NCBI GenBank assembly: GCA_030447245.1 | Contig: JAUJPG010000022.1 | Location: 21,885-85,884, forward strand | Length of the DNA: 64,000 bases | Origin: Chloroflexota bacterium | Lineage (GTDB): Bacteria > Chloroflexota > UBA6077 > JACCZL01 | Direction: 5' to 3' | Part shown: piece after piece, positions 1 through 8,450 of the stretch | Layout of the letters: each line of letters begins with the position of its first letter | Position numbering within the stretch: the stretch's first letter is position 1 | The notes under the pieces: model-generated | The model's input: the letters and a program-made list of their open reading frames with translations, nothing else | Database searches by the model: none | Told to the model about the DNA's origin: nothing | Program-made: the position numbers and the translations under genes

Positions 1-243
1 TACGCCGGCGAGCCGTTCGTGCGAGTCCTCCCGCCAGGGTTGACGCCGGGCCCCAAGGCCGTCGTCGGCAGCAACCTCTGCGACGTCTCGGTCGTACTGG
101 ACGCCCCGAATCGCCGCCTGGTGATGATCGGCTCGATCGACAACCTGCTCAAGGGGCAGGCTGGCGTCGCCGTCCAGAATATCAACCTCATGTTCGGCTT
201 TCCCGAGACGCTTGGCCTCGAGCGCGTCCCGTTCTACCCCTGA
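1..243 (+). CDS. argC: N-acetyl-gamma-glutamyl-phosphate reductase, C-terminal part (5' end outside window)
   Basis: Frame 1 is open from base 1 (YAGEPFVRVL...GSIDNLLKGQAGVAVQNINLMFGFPETLGL), matching the conserved ArgC C-terminus; stop at 241-243. Confidence 0.8.
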   Translation, partial: YAGEPFVRVLPPGLTPGPKAVVGSNLCDVSVVLDAPNRRLVMIGSIDNLLKGQAGVAVQNINLMFGFPETLGLERVPFYP

Positions 244-434
244 CGAAGCCCGCTCCCGGCCGAATCGGCATCCTGAGCCCGGTCCTCGGCATGGATCGCC
301 CCCCAGACTCGCCACCCTCGGCGTCCAGGTCCATCCGACCTCCCACCAGTGGGTAGTAGCTACCGCTCGCCGGGCACGCCGCTTGCTCCAGAGGTTGGCA
401 CACTGCCCCAGATTCCGCGCAGGAGGACCGCCTG

Positions 435-881
435 ATGGACCCAGTTCAAATGCTCATGGACGACCACCGCAAGGTCGAGCAGCTCAGCGAGCAGTTCGAG
501 TCGGCCGACTCGGCGTCCGAGAAGAAGAAGATCGCCCAGGAGGCGCTCCAGGAGCTCGAGGTCCACGCTGCGATCGAAGAGGAGATCTTCTACCCGGCCG
601 TCCGCAAGAAGGCGGGCGACGACGGCAAGGACATGATGCTCGAGGCTGAAGAGGAGCACCACGTCGTTCACGTCCTCGTCGACGAGCTCAAGGCGATGCG
701 GAGCGTCACCGACCGCTACGAGGCCAAGTTCACGGTGCTGATGGAAAACGTCAAGCATCACGTCAAGGAAGAGGAGATGGATATGCTCCCAAAGGCCAGG
801 ACGTTGCTCGGCGACGATGGCGCCGAGCTTGCCGAGCGCATGCAAAAGCGCAAGCAGCAGCTCATGGCGGACGTGAAGTAG
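435..881 (+). CDS. hemerythrin HHE cation-binding domain protein
   Basis: 148-aa ORF with H/E-rich hemerythrin-like motifs (HHVVHVLVDELK, HHVKEEE); acidic composition typical of a real protein in high-GC DNA. Confidence 0.75.
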   Translation: MDPVQMLMDDHRKVEQLSEQFESADSASEKKKIAQEALQELEVHAAIEEEIFYPAVRKKAGDDGKDMMLEAEEEHHVVHVLVDELKAMRSVTDRYEAKFTVLMENVKHHVKEEEMDMLPKARTLLGDDGAELAERMQKRKQQLMADVK

Positions 882-936
882 CCACTCGCTCTGCAGGACG
901 CGCCCCACTCAACGCACCATTCCCGTTAACGCTCGC

Positions 937-962
937 ACGAACGACGAAGCCGAGTCGTTCGT
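937..962. terminator. stem-loop downstream of hemerythrin gene (ACGAACGA...TCGTTCGT)
   Basis: 8-bp perfect inverted repeat with a 10-nt loop, about 55 nt after the stop; no U-tract. Confidence 0.3.
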
Positions 963-1184
963 CGCTCGTGCATCGTTAAATCGTCATCTCGTCCGCCAAT
1001 CTCCATCGGTGATCGGTACGCCGCTCTGCAGGTGAAGCGGCCTCCTCGAGGCTTCCTGGCACGCTACGTGCGCTAAGCATCTGGTAGCAGCATCCGCATC
1101 GAGCGGAGGTGCAACTGGTGGGCCTTGGGGGCTCACCGTCGCCTGCGCCCACCAGGAAGCGGAGCCGACCGAAAGGAGCCAGCG

Positions 1185-1352
1185 ATGGCAGGAACCGAAG
1201 ACCGCGTGGAAGGCAAGGCCAAGGAGTGGGAGGGCAAGCTCACCGACGACGAGGCCCGCGAAGCTGAGGGGAAGGGCCAGGGCATGGTCGGTAAGGCCAA
1301 GGACAAGGCGAGCGATATGGCGGACAGCCTCCGAGGCCGGGACGACAAGTAG
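1185..1352 (+). CDS. CsbD-family general stress protein
   Basis: MAGTEDRVEGKAKEWEGKLTDDEAREAEGKGQGMVGKAKDKASDMAD is the CsbD KxxG-repeat pattern; an internal ATG at 1185 is the likely start within the longer ORF. Confidence 0.75.
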   Translation: MAGTEDRVEGKAKEWEGKLTDDEAREAEGKGQGMVGKAKDKASDMADSLRGRDDK

Positions 1353-1502
1353 GCGCGCTCCCTCCGGATGGGAGGAGGGCGCCGTCCGTGTTGCACGTGC
1401 AGCGGAGCACGTCGTTGAGTGCCTCCAGGTCCTGGACCTGCGCCTGAGTTGTTCTTAGGCGCAGGGCCTGCAAGCACCGACCCACCATGAATAGCTCGCG
1501 CC

Positions 1503-1528
1503 GAGAGGCCCGCCGAAGCGGGCCTCTC
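1503..1528. terminator. GC-rich hairpin between convergent CsbD and YflT-like genes (GAGAGGCCCGC-CGAA-GCGGGCCTCTC)
   Basis: 11-bp perfect stem with a 4-nt loop between two convergent stops (1352 and 1573). Confidence 0.4.
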
Positions 1529-1572
1529 GTGTGGAATCGGAACCCTTCGCAACCGAACGTTCAGGAAGCCGC

Positions 1573-2481
1573 CTAGAGCCGCCTCCGGGACTCGCGATCC
1601 TCGTCAGCGTCGCCGATCGCGGTGCCGCCCGCCGCGCCGGCGCCCCCGCCGCTCACTGCGCTGTCCTCGTCATCATAGTCGCGGAACCGCCCCCGTCCGC
1701 GGCCGTAGTCGTAGCCATGGCGGATGTGGGAGCGGTGTTCCTCCCAGGAACCTTCGCCACGGGACTCCCACTCGCGCCGCAGCTCGGGCTCGGCAGAGCG
1801 CCAGCCACCGCCCGTCCCCTGCTCGTGGCTCCTGCCATGTGCCTCATATCCGAAGCGATGCGCCGGCTCCGAGGCTTCATGCTGTCCGGCACCATACCGT
1901 GTCTCATACCGCGAGCGGAAGTCAGGCGAGGCTTCGTCCCACGAGCGATGAGCGGTCGCGCTCGTCCCCGCCTCGTAGTCCTTGCCGCCGTAATCACGCA
2001 GGATCGACCGCGCGTCGTCGTAGCGACCCTGCGCGTTGACGCTGACCAGCCACCCACCGGCACGGACGCGCTCGTCGTACCACTTGGCCTCCTCCTCGGG
2101 GATCCCCATCCCGACCAGGGCCCCAGCGATGGCCCCGATCCCGGCGCCAGCAGCCGCGCCGACCAGCGCCGTGGCGAAGGCGCCGGCGGCGATCACCGGA
2201 CCAACCACCGGGATCGCCAGGGCACCCAGCCCGGTCAGAAACCCGCCGAGCCCACCGAGCAGCCCACCGGCCACCGCGCCGGTGGCTGCACCCTGGCCGG
2301 CCTTGGTGCCCGTCTCGTGGGATACCGCGCCGGCTTCGTCCTGATTCCGTGCCACCAGGCCGATGTCATCGCCCCGGAAGCCAGCGTCTTTCAGTCCGTC
2401 GATCGCGTCCTTGGCATCGTCGCGCTCATCGAAGACGGCCACGACGGTACTTCGCCCAGTTACCCGCTCGGTGCTCTGCAT
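1573..2481 (-). CDS. YflT / general stress protein 17M-like protein with Gly-rich membrane segment
   Basis: N-terminus VVAVFDERDDAKDAIDGLKDAGFRGDDIGLV matches the YflT domain, followed by a glycine-zipper hydrophobic region and an acidic/basic tail. Confidence 0.7.
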   Translation of the reverse strand: MQSTERVTGRSTVVAVFDERDDAKDAIDGLKDAGFRGDDIGLVARNQDEAGAVSHETGTKAGQGAATGAVAGGLLGGLGGFLTGLGALAIPVVGPVIAAGAFATALVGAAAGAGIGAIAGALVGMGIPEEEAKWYDERVRAGGWLVSVNAQGRYDDARSILRDYGGKDYEAGTSATAHRSWDEASPDFRSRYETRYGAGQHEASEPAHRFGYEAHGRSHEQGTGGGWRSAEPELRREWESRGEGSWEEHRSHIRHGYDYGRGRGRFRDYDDEDSAVSGGGAGAAGGTAIGDADEDRESRRRL

Positions 2482-2532
2482 CTGATGCCTCCTTGCATTC
2501 GGCAGCCTCGACTGCGACGGGCGTTCGTCGTA

Positions 2533-3051
2533 TCACACCTCCTCCCTTTTCTTCTCGCATGACGAGCAAGAAATGAGCCACTGACCGCGCACGTTCAGGA
2601 CGCTAAGCTCGTCGCCGAACCCGAGAGCGCCGAGGGCCAGCAGCGCGCCCCGAAGCGGCTGATAACCCCCACCCGGGCTCTCGGCGGCCAGCCGCACGAT
2701 TAGCTCGCGGACGCCACCCGGGAGTGGCTGGCGACCGCGGCAACAGCGCCGGCCCAAGGCGTGCCACATGCACGCACCAGTGAACCACGCCAGCTCGCGA
2801 AGCCAGCGCAGCAGCGTCCCGGGGCGCCCAGGCAGGACCTGCCAATCTGCTAGCGGCAGGCAGCGGTTCAGCGCCACGAGGAGCCGCCGGTCGCCCGGAC
2901 GGCACGCCGGGCGCGCGGTCGTGCGGCGCAGCACGCGGACTTCGTGGCGCGGCGCAAGGAGCTCCATGTCCCCGGCCATGCTGCCCCGGCAGCGAAGCAG
3001 GACCAGGTCGCCGAGCAGGCGGCCAACGGAGCCCACGACGGACAGCAGCAT
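2533..3051 (-). pseudogene. N-terminal fragment of an integrase-core (IS3/IS481-type) transposase; the rve domain is missing
   Basis: LRHEVRVLRRTTARP...LLVALNRCLPLADW...GTLLRWLRELAW...VRELIVRLAAESPGGGYQPLRGALLALG...SVLNVRGQW is the conserved N-terminal HTH region of these transposases; the ORF stops right after it. Confidence 0.55.
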
Positions 3052-4033
3052 TGGCGGCCTTCCTGAGGAATCCGCCAGAGACTCTTCGACCTGCTACCTG
3101 CCCGCCTATCCAACAACCACGCCGAACGGGGTGTCCCCCGTATCCCGAACCAGATTCGAACGCTCGAACGATGGCGCGGCCAATCGGCGAAGCCGGCACG
3201 GACCATGGGCACGAGCGCCCGGTCTCAACCCCGGTCGGTGGTAGCGTCTGACGCAGTCTGGACGGAGTCAGGCTGGCTCAGAGTCCAGGATTCGCGAGCT
3301 CGCGTGATCGCGGCTTCCTGCTCAGTTGACGTCGGGACATCGTCGATCGCTCCTGGCCGGCGTGCGCGCCGTGCACGGGCACGCTCTGCCCGTTTACGCG
3401 CGAGCTCGTCGTGTGGGTCGGACGTCATGAGAACGCCTTTCGCGTGTCGCTACGATGCCAAACGACCGACCGTCAGTCACCTGCCATCGACCTCATGCTA
3501 CCGCTTCGATGGGTGGGGCCACATCGCGGTACCTCGGACCCTCGGCATACAGCGATTCCAAGTCACCGCGGGCCTTGGACGGTTGCCCGACCGCTTCATA
3601 GAGCACGGCGCGCTCCTTAGCGGGCCGCTCGGAGCCGCTCGCGGTCGCGCCTCTGATCGATCGTGGCGACCCCGGGGTGACTCGAACACCCGACACAGCG
3701 TGTAGGAACTCTGGTCCCTGCGTCCATGCTGGTCCGTAACCGTCCACTGCCTATCTGGAGGGAACGAACACCTGTCTGTGCGCGTCCATGCTCGTCAGCC
3801 AATGTGTGTGCCGTTTGGTCGTCAACTTGGTCGTCAGTACGGAGAGCCCGTGGCACACTGGCCTTCGTCGTCCCCACTGGCGGAAGCTCTGGGCGCGGAT
3901 GGCGGGGGTGTGGCAGTGGTGGGTGAGCTGGTCGAGGGCGGCGGTGCGGGAACGGCGCGAGTGGGCGGCGACGGCCGCGTGGCACAGGTCGTGCGCGGGT
4001 TCTGCCGCTCAGGATTACGCGGGAGGCACGGCC

Positions 4034-4464
4034 ATGCCGGCTGACGAGCGCGATTGGTTGGCGAATCGAGCGACGAAGCTGTCCTTGACGGGTGTCTTCC
4101 TCGCCCTCATGGCGGCGTTCTCCGCGCGGCTTAGCGGCCGCCAGGAGACTCTGGAGATCCGACCTTTCGATCTGTTGCTGCTCGGGCTGTCGACCTACGG
4201 ACCCGGTCGCCTCGTGGCCTTCGAGCGGGTGACAGCGCCGCGGGGAGCCCTTCACCGAGACCAAACCAGACGATTCTGGTGCCGGGCGAGGTCGTCGTCG
4301 CTCGCGGGAGCGGCACGCGGCGGGTGCTCGGCGAGCTTGTGTCCTGTCCGGTCTGCGTCGGGAGCTGGGTCGCCGCCGGCCTGGTGTACGGGCTGCACCT
4401 CGCCCCGGGCCCCACCCGGGTGTACCTGGCGGTCCTGGGCACGGCGGGGCGGCCGAGCTGCTGA
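4034..4464 (+). pseudogene. DUF1360-family membrane protein, two closely spaced frameshifts
   Basis: N-part MPADERDWLANRATKLSLTGVFLALMAAFSARLSG...FERVTAPR (frame 2), then EPFTETKPDDSGAG (frame 0), then EVVVARGSGTRRVLGELVSCPVCVGSWVAAGL (frame 1). Joined, these match the DUF1360 consensus ...TSPLRAPFT...GELLTCPFCxxxWVA. Confidence 0.5.
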
Positions 4465-4737
4465 ACTGCTCGGCCGAGGCGCTGGGCTGGCTGGGGCGGG
4501 CCGCGCGCAAGGACGCCGGCACGTAAGCGGGGCGCGGGCGTGGACGTCGCGCTGCCGCGGGTAACGCGACAGGTCATTGTCGCCGTGGCGCCGAGGAGAC
4601 GCGGTAGCAGCCTCGGCTGTCGTCCCAGGTCATGTGGTTCTGGGTGCGCGGGACGCGGCGCCAGAGCTCGTCTCCGTCCCGGATTGTCGGGTCATCGACG
4701 TGCGGTCGGTCGGCCATGCAACGGGCAGCGGCCGCCG

Positions 4738-4923
4738 CTACGCGCGCGCCGTCAGCTCGCGAAGCACCTCACGGAGCGGTCCGGGCCCCTCGGTCAGCGT
4801 CAGCTCGCGCTCGGTCCCGCCGCGCAGATCCTCGTACCAGACCCGCGGCGGCCCTTCGGGTGGGACGACGACCTCAATGTCCATCCCGCGCAGGTGCCAC
4901 TCCAGCTGGACGTCGCCCCGTGA
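4738..4923 (-). CDS. small hypothetical protein (MSRGDVQLEWHLRGMDIEVVVPPEGPPRVWYEDLRGGTERELTLTEGPGPLREVLRELTARA)
   Basis: Protein-like composition, sits immediately downstream of the DUF433 gene on the same strand; no family recognised. Confidence 0.25.
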   Translation of the reverse strand, partial: SRGDVQLEWHLRGMDIEVVVPPEGPPRVWYEDLRGGTERELTLTEGPGPLREVLRELTARA

Positions 4924-5122
4924 CATTGGCACCACCGCGGGAGCCGGGCGTGTCGGTCTGCATGGCCGTCGCCAGCAGCGTGACTGCTCTGCCGGCGGCC
5001 CGCGGCTGATTGGCTTAGCCGAGTACGAATTCCACCCGGCAGCCAGCCGCAGCAAGCCGAGCAAGCTGCTCACCACCGGTCCAAGCCAGCGGGGAAGTGT
5101 GCCCTTCATGACCCACCCATAC

Positions 5123-5371
5123 TCACCAGCGGAGCCACACCGCAGCGGTCCGCTGTCGCTCGACGGCGATCCGAGCGTAGGCCAAACACGCCCGCACGTC
5201 CTCGTCAGTCAGCTCAGGGAACGCTTCCAAGAGGTCGGCCCGATCGTTCTCCTCAAGGTGAGCCAGGACGCGCTCTACCGGGATGCGGGTGCCTTTCACC
5301 ACCGGCTTACCGACCATGATCTCAGGGTCTTGGGTGATGCGGTGTTGGTAGTGTTCTGGTTCGTGCGCCAT
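5123..5371 (-). CDS. DUF433 domain protein (antitoxin-like)
   Basis: MVGKPVVKGTRIPVERVLAHLEENDRADLLEAFPELTDEDVRACLAYA matches the DUF433 consensus (GxPxIxGTRIPV...ILEDYP.LTxEDIxAALAYA). Confidence 0.65.
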   Translation of the reverse strand: MAHEPEHYQHRITQDPEIMVGKPVVKGTRIPVERVLAHLEENDRADLLEAFPELTDEDVRACLAYARIAVERQRTAAVWLRW

Positions 5372-5452
5372 CGTGATACCTCTGACGGGCATTATCTCAC
5401 GGGTCTGGCACTGGGATGGCGATCAGCCCGTCAGGACGGGGTGGAGGGGGAG

Positions 5453-6076
5453 ATGGACGTGGGGCGGTTGGCGATGCCGATTGGCGAGGCGATGTTTACG
5501 CAGCGGGCGACGCGGCGGTTTCGGCCGGACCCGCTGCCGATGGAGGACATTCGGCTGATGGTGGAGGCGGCGTCGAAGGCGCCGAATGGGGGCAACCGGC
5601 AGATCGCGCGCTTCCTGGTGGTAACCGACCGCCCGCGGGTCGAGACGTTCGGGGCGCTGTACCGCGAGGCATGGTGGGCCAAGCGGCGAGACGAGCAGGG
5701 CTGGAGCGGGCCGGACGACATCCCGGCCGAGGACAAGACCCACCGCGCGGCGATGGGGCTGGCCGACGAGATGCGGGACGTGCCCTGCGTGGTCTTCGCC
5801 CTGGCGTTGCCGCCGGGGGCGGCCAACTCGGTGCTGCCGGCGGCGCAAAACTTGATGCTAGCGGCGCGGGCGCTTGGGATCGGCTCGGTGCCGACGACGC
5901 TCCACCCCGACGTGATGGACCGCTTCCACGCGATGTTCGCGATCCCGTCAGACGTCTCCTTCCACTTCTGCATCCCGCTCGGCTACCCGCGCGGCGGCTT
6001 CGGGCCGACGTCTCGGAAGCCAACCCGAGAGACGACCTACCTGAACCGCTGGGAGCAGCCGGTTCCCTGGGAGTAG
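5453..6076 (+). CDS. nitroreductase family protein
   Basis: MDVGRLAMPIGEAMFTQRATRRFRPDPLPMEDIRLMVEAASKAPNGGNRQIARFLVV...; the ATG at 5453 sits inside a longer spurious ORF and is preceded by GGAGGGGGAG. Confidence 0.8.
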   Translation: MDVGRLAMPIGEAMFTQRATRRFRPDPLPMEDIRLMVEAASKAPNGGNRQIARFLVVTDRPRVETFGALYREAWWAKRRDEQGWSGPDDIPAEDKTHRAAMGLADEMRDVPCVVFALALPPGAANSVLPAAQNLMLAARALGIGSVPTTLHPDVMDRFHAMFAIPSDVSFHFCIPLGYPRGGFGPTSRKPTRETTYLNRWEQPVPWE

Positions 6077-6095
6077 GCAATGGCGCGGCAGCCGG

Positions 6096-6245
6096 GTGGA
6101 GGGATCAGCGGGCGCTGTGGAGGATGGTAGGGGGGCGCTGGTGGCGTTGGCGGAGGAGCGCGGCCTCAATCAAGTGTTCACGCTGGATGGCGAGTTCCGC
6201 GTCTATCGCCTTGCGCGCGGCAGAAGCTTCGTGGTGATTCCCTGA
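6096..6245 (+). pseudogene. possible C-terminal remnant of a PIN-domain (VapC-like) toxin
   Basis: ...ALVALAEERGLNQVFTLDGEFRVYRLARGRSFVVIP* resembles the VapC C-terminus (...LTLVTxDRDFxRIPGLxVxxP); no N-terminal part remains. Confidence 0.25.
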
Positions 6246-6381
6246 CCCGGGGGCGCTCACTCAATTACAGAGGCATGGGCGAGGACGGCGGCCATCGTCG
6301 CGGGACGGAACTGGTCGTTGCATGGGGTGGGCAGCTCTGGGTGAGGGATCGGGGTATCGCGCGGCCGGATGGTCCGCGAGC

Positions 6382-6924
6382 TCAGACTGGCTTGAGGGGA
6401 CGGTGCGGAGCTGGCGGGAGCTCGACGGACACCGAGTCGCCGGGCTGGACGAGGCCGCCGGCGACGACGACCGCCATGACGCCAGCCTTGCGGATGAGGT
6501 TGCCGCGGTCGTCGCGGTCGAGGGTCGCGGCCATCAGGCCGGACTGGACCTGATCGAGCTGTGCGCAGGGGTTGCGCAGACCGGTGATCTCGACGATCGC
6601 CTCGGCGCCAAGCCGGAGGCGGGTGCCGGTCGGCAGTCCGAGGAGATCGATGCCGCGGGTGGTGACGTTCTCGCCGATCTGCCCGGCGGCGACGTCGAAG
6701 CCGGCATCGCGTAGCTCCTGGAGGAGCTCGGCCTGGAACAGGTGGACCTGACGGAGGTTCGGCTGGCTCGGGTCGCGGGCGACGCGCGAGCGGTGCTTGA
6801 CGGTGGTTCCAGCATGCGCGTCGTCCTCAACGCCGAGTCCCACGAGCAGCCAGATGCCCGGCTGGTTCGATTTGGCCATGGTATGGGCCGCGCTTCGGCT
6901 CACCGCCTCGACCCGGCCGGTCAT
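6382..6924 (-). CDS. MOSC domain protein (YiiM-like)
   Basis: MTGRVEAVSRS...GVEDDAHAG...GENVTTRGIDLLGLPTGTRLRLGAEAIVEITGLRNPC matches MOSC conserved blocks; the N-terminal extension of the ORF is discarded. Confidence 0.75.
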   Translation of the reverse strand: MTGRVEAVSRSAAHTMAKSNQPGIWLLVGLGVEDDAHAGTTVKHRSRVARDPSQPNLRQVHLFQAELLQELRDAGFDVAAGQIGENVTTRGIDLLGLPTGTRLRLGAEAIVEITGLRNPCAQLDQVQSGLMAATLDRDDRGNLIRKAGVMAVVVAGGLVQPGDSVSVELPPAPHRPLKPV

Positions 6925-7415
6925 GCTCGGCCGCCGCCACGTGCCCCGGCAAGGGCACCGGGGAGCAACGCGGGGCAGGCCACGACGTGTCCGGCGTCGG
7001 CCAGCGTCCGGGTACACGGGTCGAACGGGTAAACGAGGCCGGTCGCGACCGTGCAGCTGAACAGGAGGTGCATAGTTCGTCGCTCCACACAGAGGGCGTC
7101 TGCTCGTCACGGACCGCCATCGTGACGGTCCTGGCGGTCGTACCGCGGCTGCGCGCTGTCTACGGGTCGGTAAGTATGACAGGCGGCGCGCCGGGTGGGC
7201 CGGGCGAGCGAGCGGTCGGGCGTCGCCGGGCCGACATGACGTCGAGTGGCGGCGCGGCGGACCGGGTTCCTCAGAAGCGCTCGGGACTGGTCGGTCCTTG
7301 ACAACGCATCTTGTGGCAGGCGATCGTAGCCACGGCACGCATCCCGGGGGTCTGGGGTTGGCGTCGCGCCACTCGCCGTCAGGCGGGGGCGTACGGTGGG
7401 CGCGGGGAGGCCGCG

Positions 7416-8186
7416 GTGGTGGACCTGGAAGAGGCCGCCGATTCAATCTGGGCCGCGGCCAGGCGTGGCGTTCACTATCCGGCCGAGTGGCGGGACAAGC
7501 TGTCGTTGGAGGATGGCTACCGGGTCCAGCGCGGGATCCTGGCCCGCCATGTCGCCGAGGGGGAGGTCCAGGTGGGCTGGAAAGTGGGCCTGACCGCCCC
7601 GGCGATCCAGCGCCAGTTCGGAGTGCACGAGCCGGTCTTCGGATTCCTGCTCCGGAGCGGCGCGCGGCCGAGCGGCACGGTGTTCGCCGCGAGCGAGCTG
7701 ATCCGCCCGGGCTTCGAAAATGAGCTGTGTCTGACGATGGGGGCGACGCTGCGCGGCCCGGGCGTCACGCTCGACGAGGCGCGCGCGGCGATCGCGGGGG
7801 TGGCTCCAGCGCTCGAGATCGTCGAGACGCGCGGCGACCTGGCGCGCGACCTGGCCCTGACGCTGGCCGACAACTGTCAGCAACGGGCCTTTGTCACCGG
7901 ACCGGTGACGGTGCGTCCGCCCGACGGGTTCACGCTGAGCGAGGCGACCGTCGAGGTCTACGTCAACGGACGGAGCATGGAGCGCGCCAGCGGCGCCGAG
8001 GTGCTCGGCGACCCGGCCGCCTCGGTCGCCTGGTTGGCGAACAAGTTGGCCGAGCTCGACCGAGACCTGGAAGCGGGCATGCAGGTCATGTCCGGCTCCT
8101 TCACCCGCCAATACCCGCTTACCGCCGGCGACCGGGTCGAGGCGCGATTCGAGCCGTTCGGGCCGGTCGGGGCCGAATGCCGCTGA
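7416..8186 (+). CDS. 2-keto-4-pentenoate hydratase / 2-oxohepta-3-ene-1,7-dioate hydratase family protein
   Basis: GWKVGLTAPAIQRQFGVHEPVFGFL...ENELCLTMG...EIVETRG matches the MhpD/HpaH hydratase family; start taken as GTG 7416 (uncertain, could be ATG 7311). Confidence 0.7.
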   Translation: MVDLEEAADSIWAAARRGVHYPAEWRDKLSLEDGYRVQRGILARHVAEGEVQVGWKVGLTAPAIQRQFGVHEPVFGFLLRSGARPSGTVFAASELIRPGFENELCLTMGATLRGPGVTLDEARAAIAGVAPALEIVETRGDLARDLALTLADNCQQRAFVTGPVTVRPPDGFTLSEATVEVYVNGRSMERASGAEVLGDPAASVAWLANKLAELDRDLEAGMQVMSGSFTRQYPLTAGDRVEARFEPFGPVGAECR

Positions 8187-8234
8187 GGCGACCCTGAGGA
8201 CGCTCAACGACTGCTCGATGGGGCGGCTCAGCAG

Positions 8235-8450
8235 ATGATGGACGCCGTCCACCGCTGCGAGAGCACCGTCAGCCGCATGCTGGACGACGGCATCTTGGCC
8301 CTGTTCGGCGCCCCAATCGCCCATGAGGACCACGCCCTCCGAGCCTGCTACGCCGCCGCATGTCGTTCGGGCGCCAGCGCCGAGCAGGGCGACCTGGAGT
8401 GCCGCCTGGCGCCGCTGCTTGGCGAGCAGCCGCGGACGAGTGGGCGATAG
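8235..8450 (+). pseudogene. adenylate/guanylate cyclase catalytic-domain fragment
   Basis: DGILALFGAPIAHEDHALRACYAAA is the class III cyclase core motif; only about 70 aa remain. Confidence 0.45.

Noticed and set aside
3225-3747. Small minus-strand ORFs 3225-3428 and 3493-3747
   Set aside because: No recognisable family. The second has a faint TPR-like stretch (ERAVLYEAVGQPSKARGDLESLY) but it is too short to call. Possibly further regulator debris next to the transposase fragment
5123-5371. Looked for a DUF5615 (PIN-like) partner of DUF433 to call a complete TA module
   Set aside because: The neighbouring ORF 4738-5109 has no MxFLxDExL-type N-terminus, so the pair cannot be called. The DUF433 gene is reported as an orphan
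4577-5452. 5' two-thirds of the 499-aa ORF that ends as the nitroreductase
   Set aside because: No similarity upstream of MDVGRL. It overlaps the well-supported DUF433 gene on the other strand, so the nitroreductase start was set at the internal ATG 5453 preceded by a purine-rich RBS
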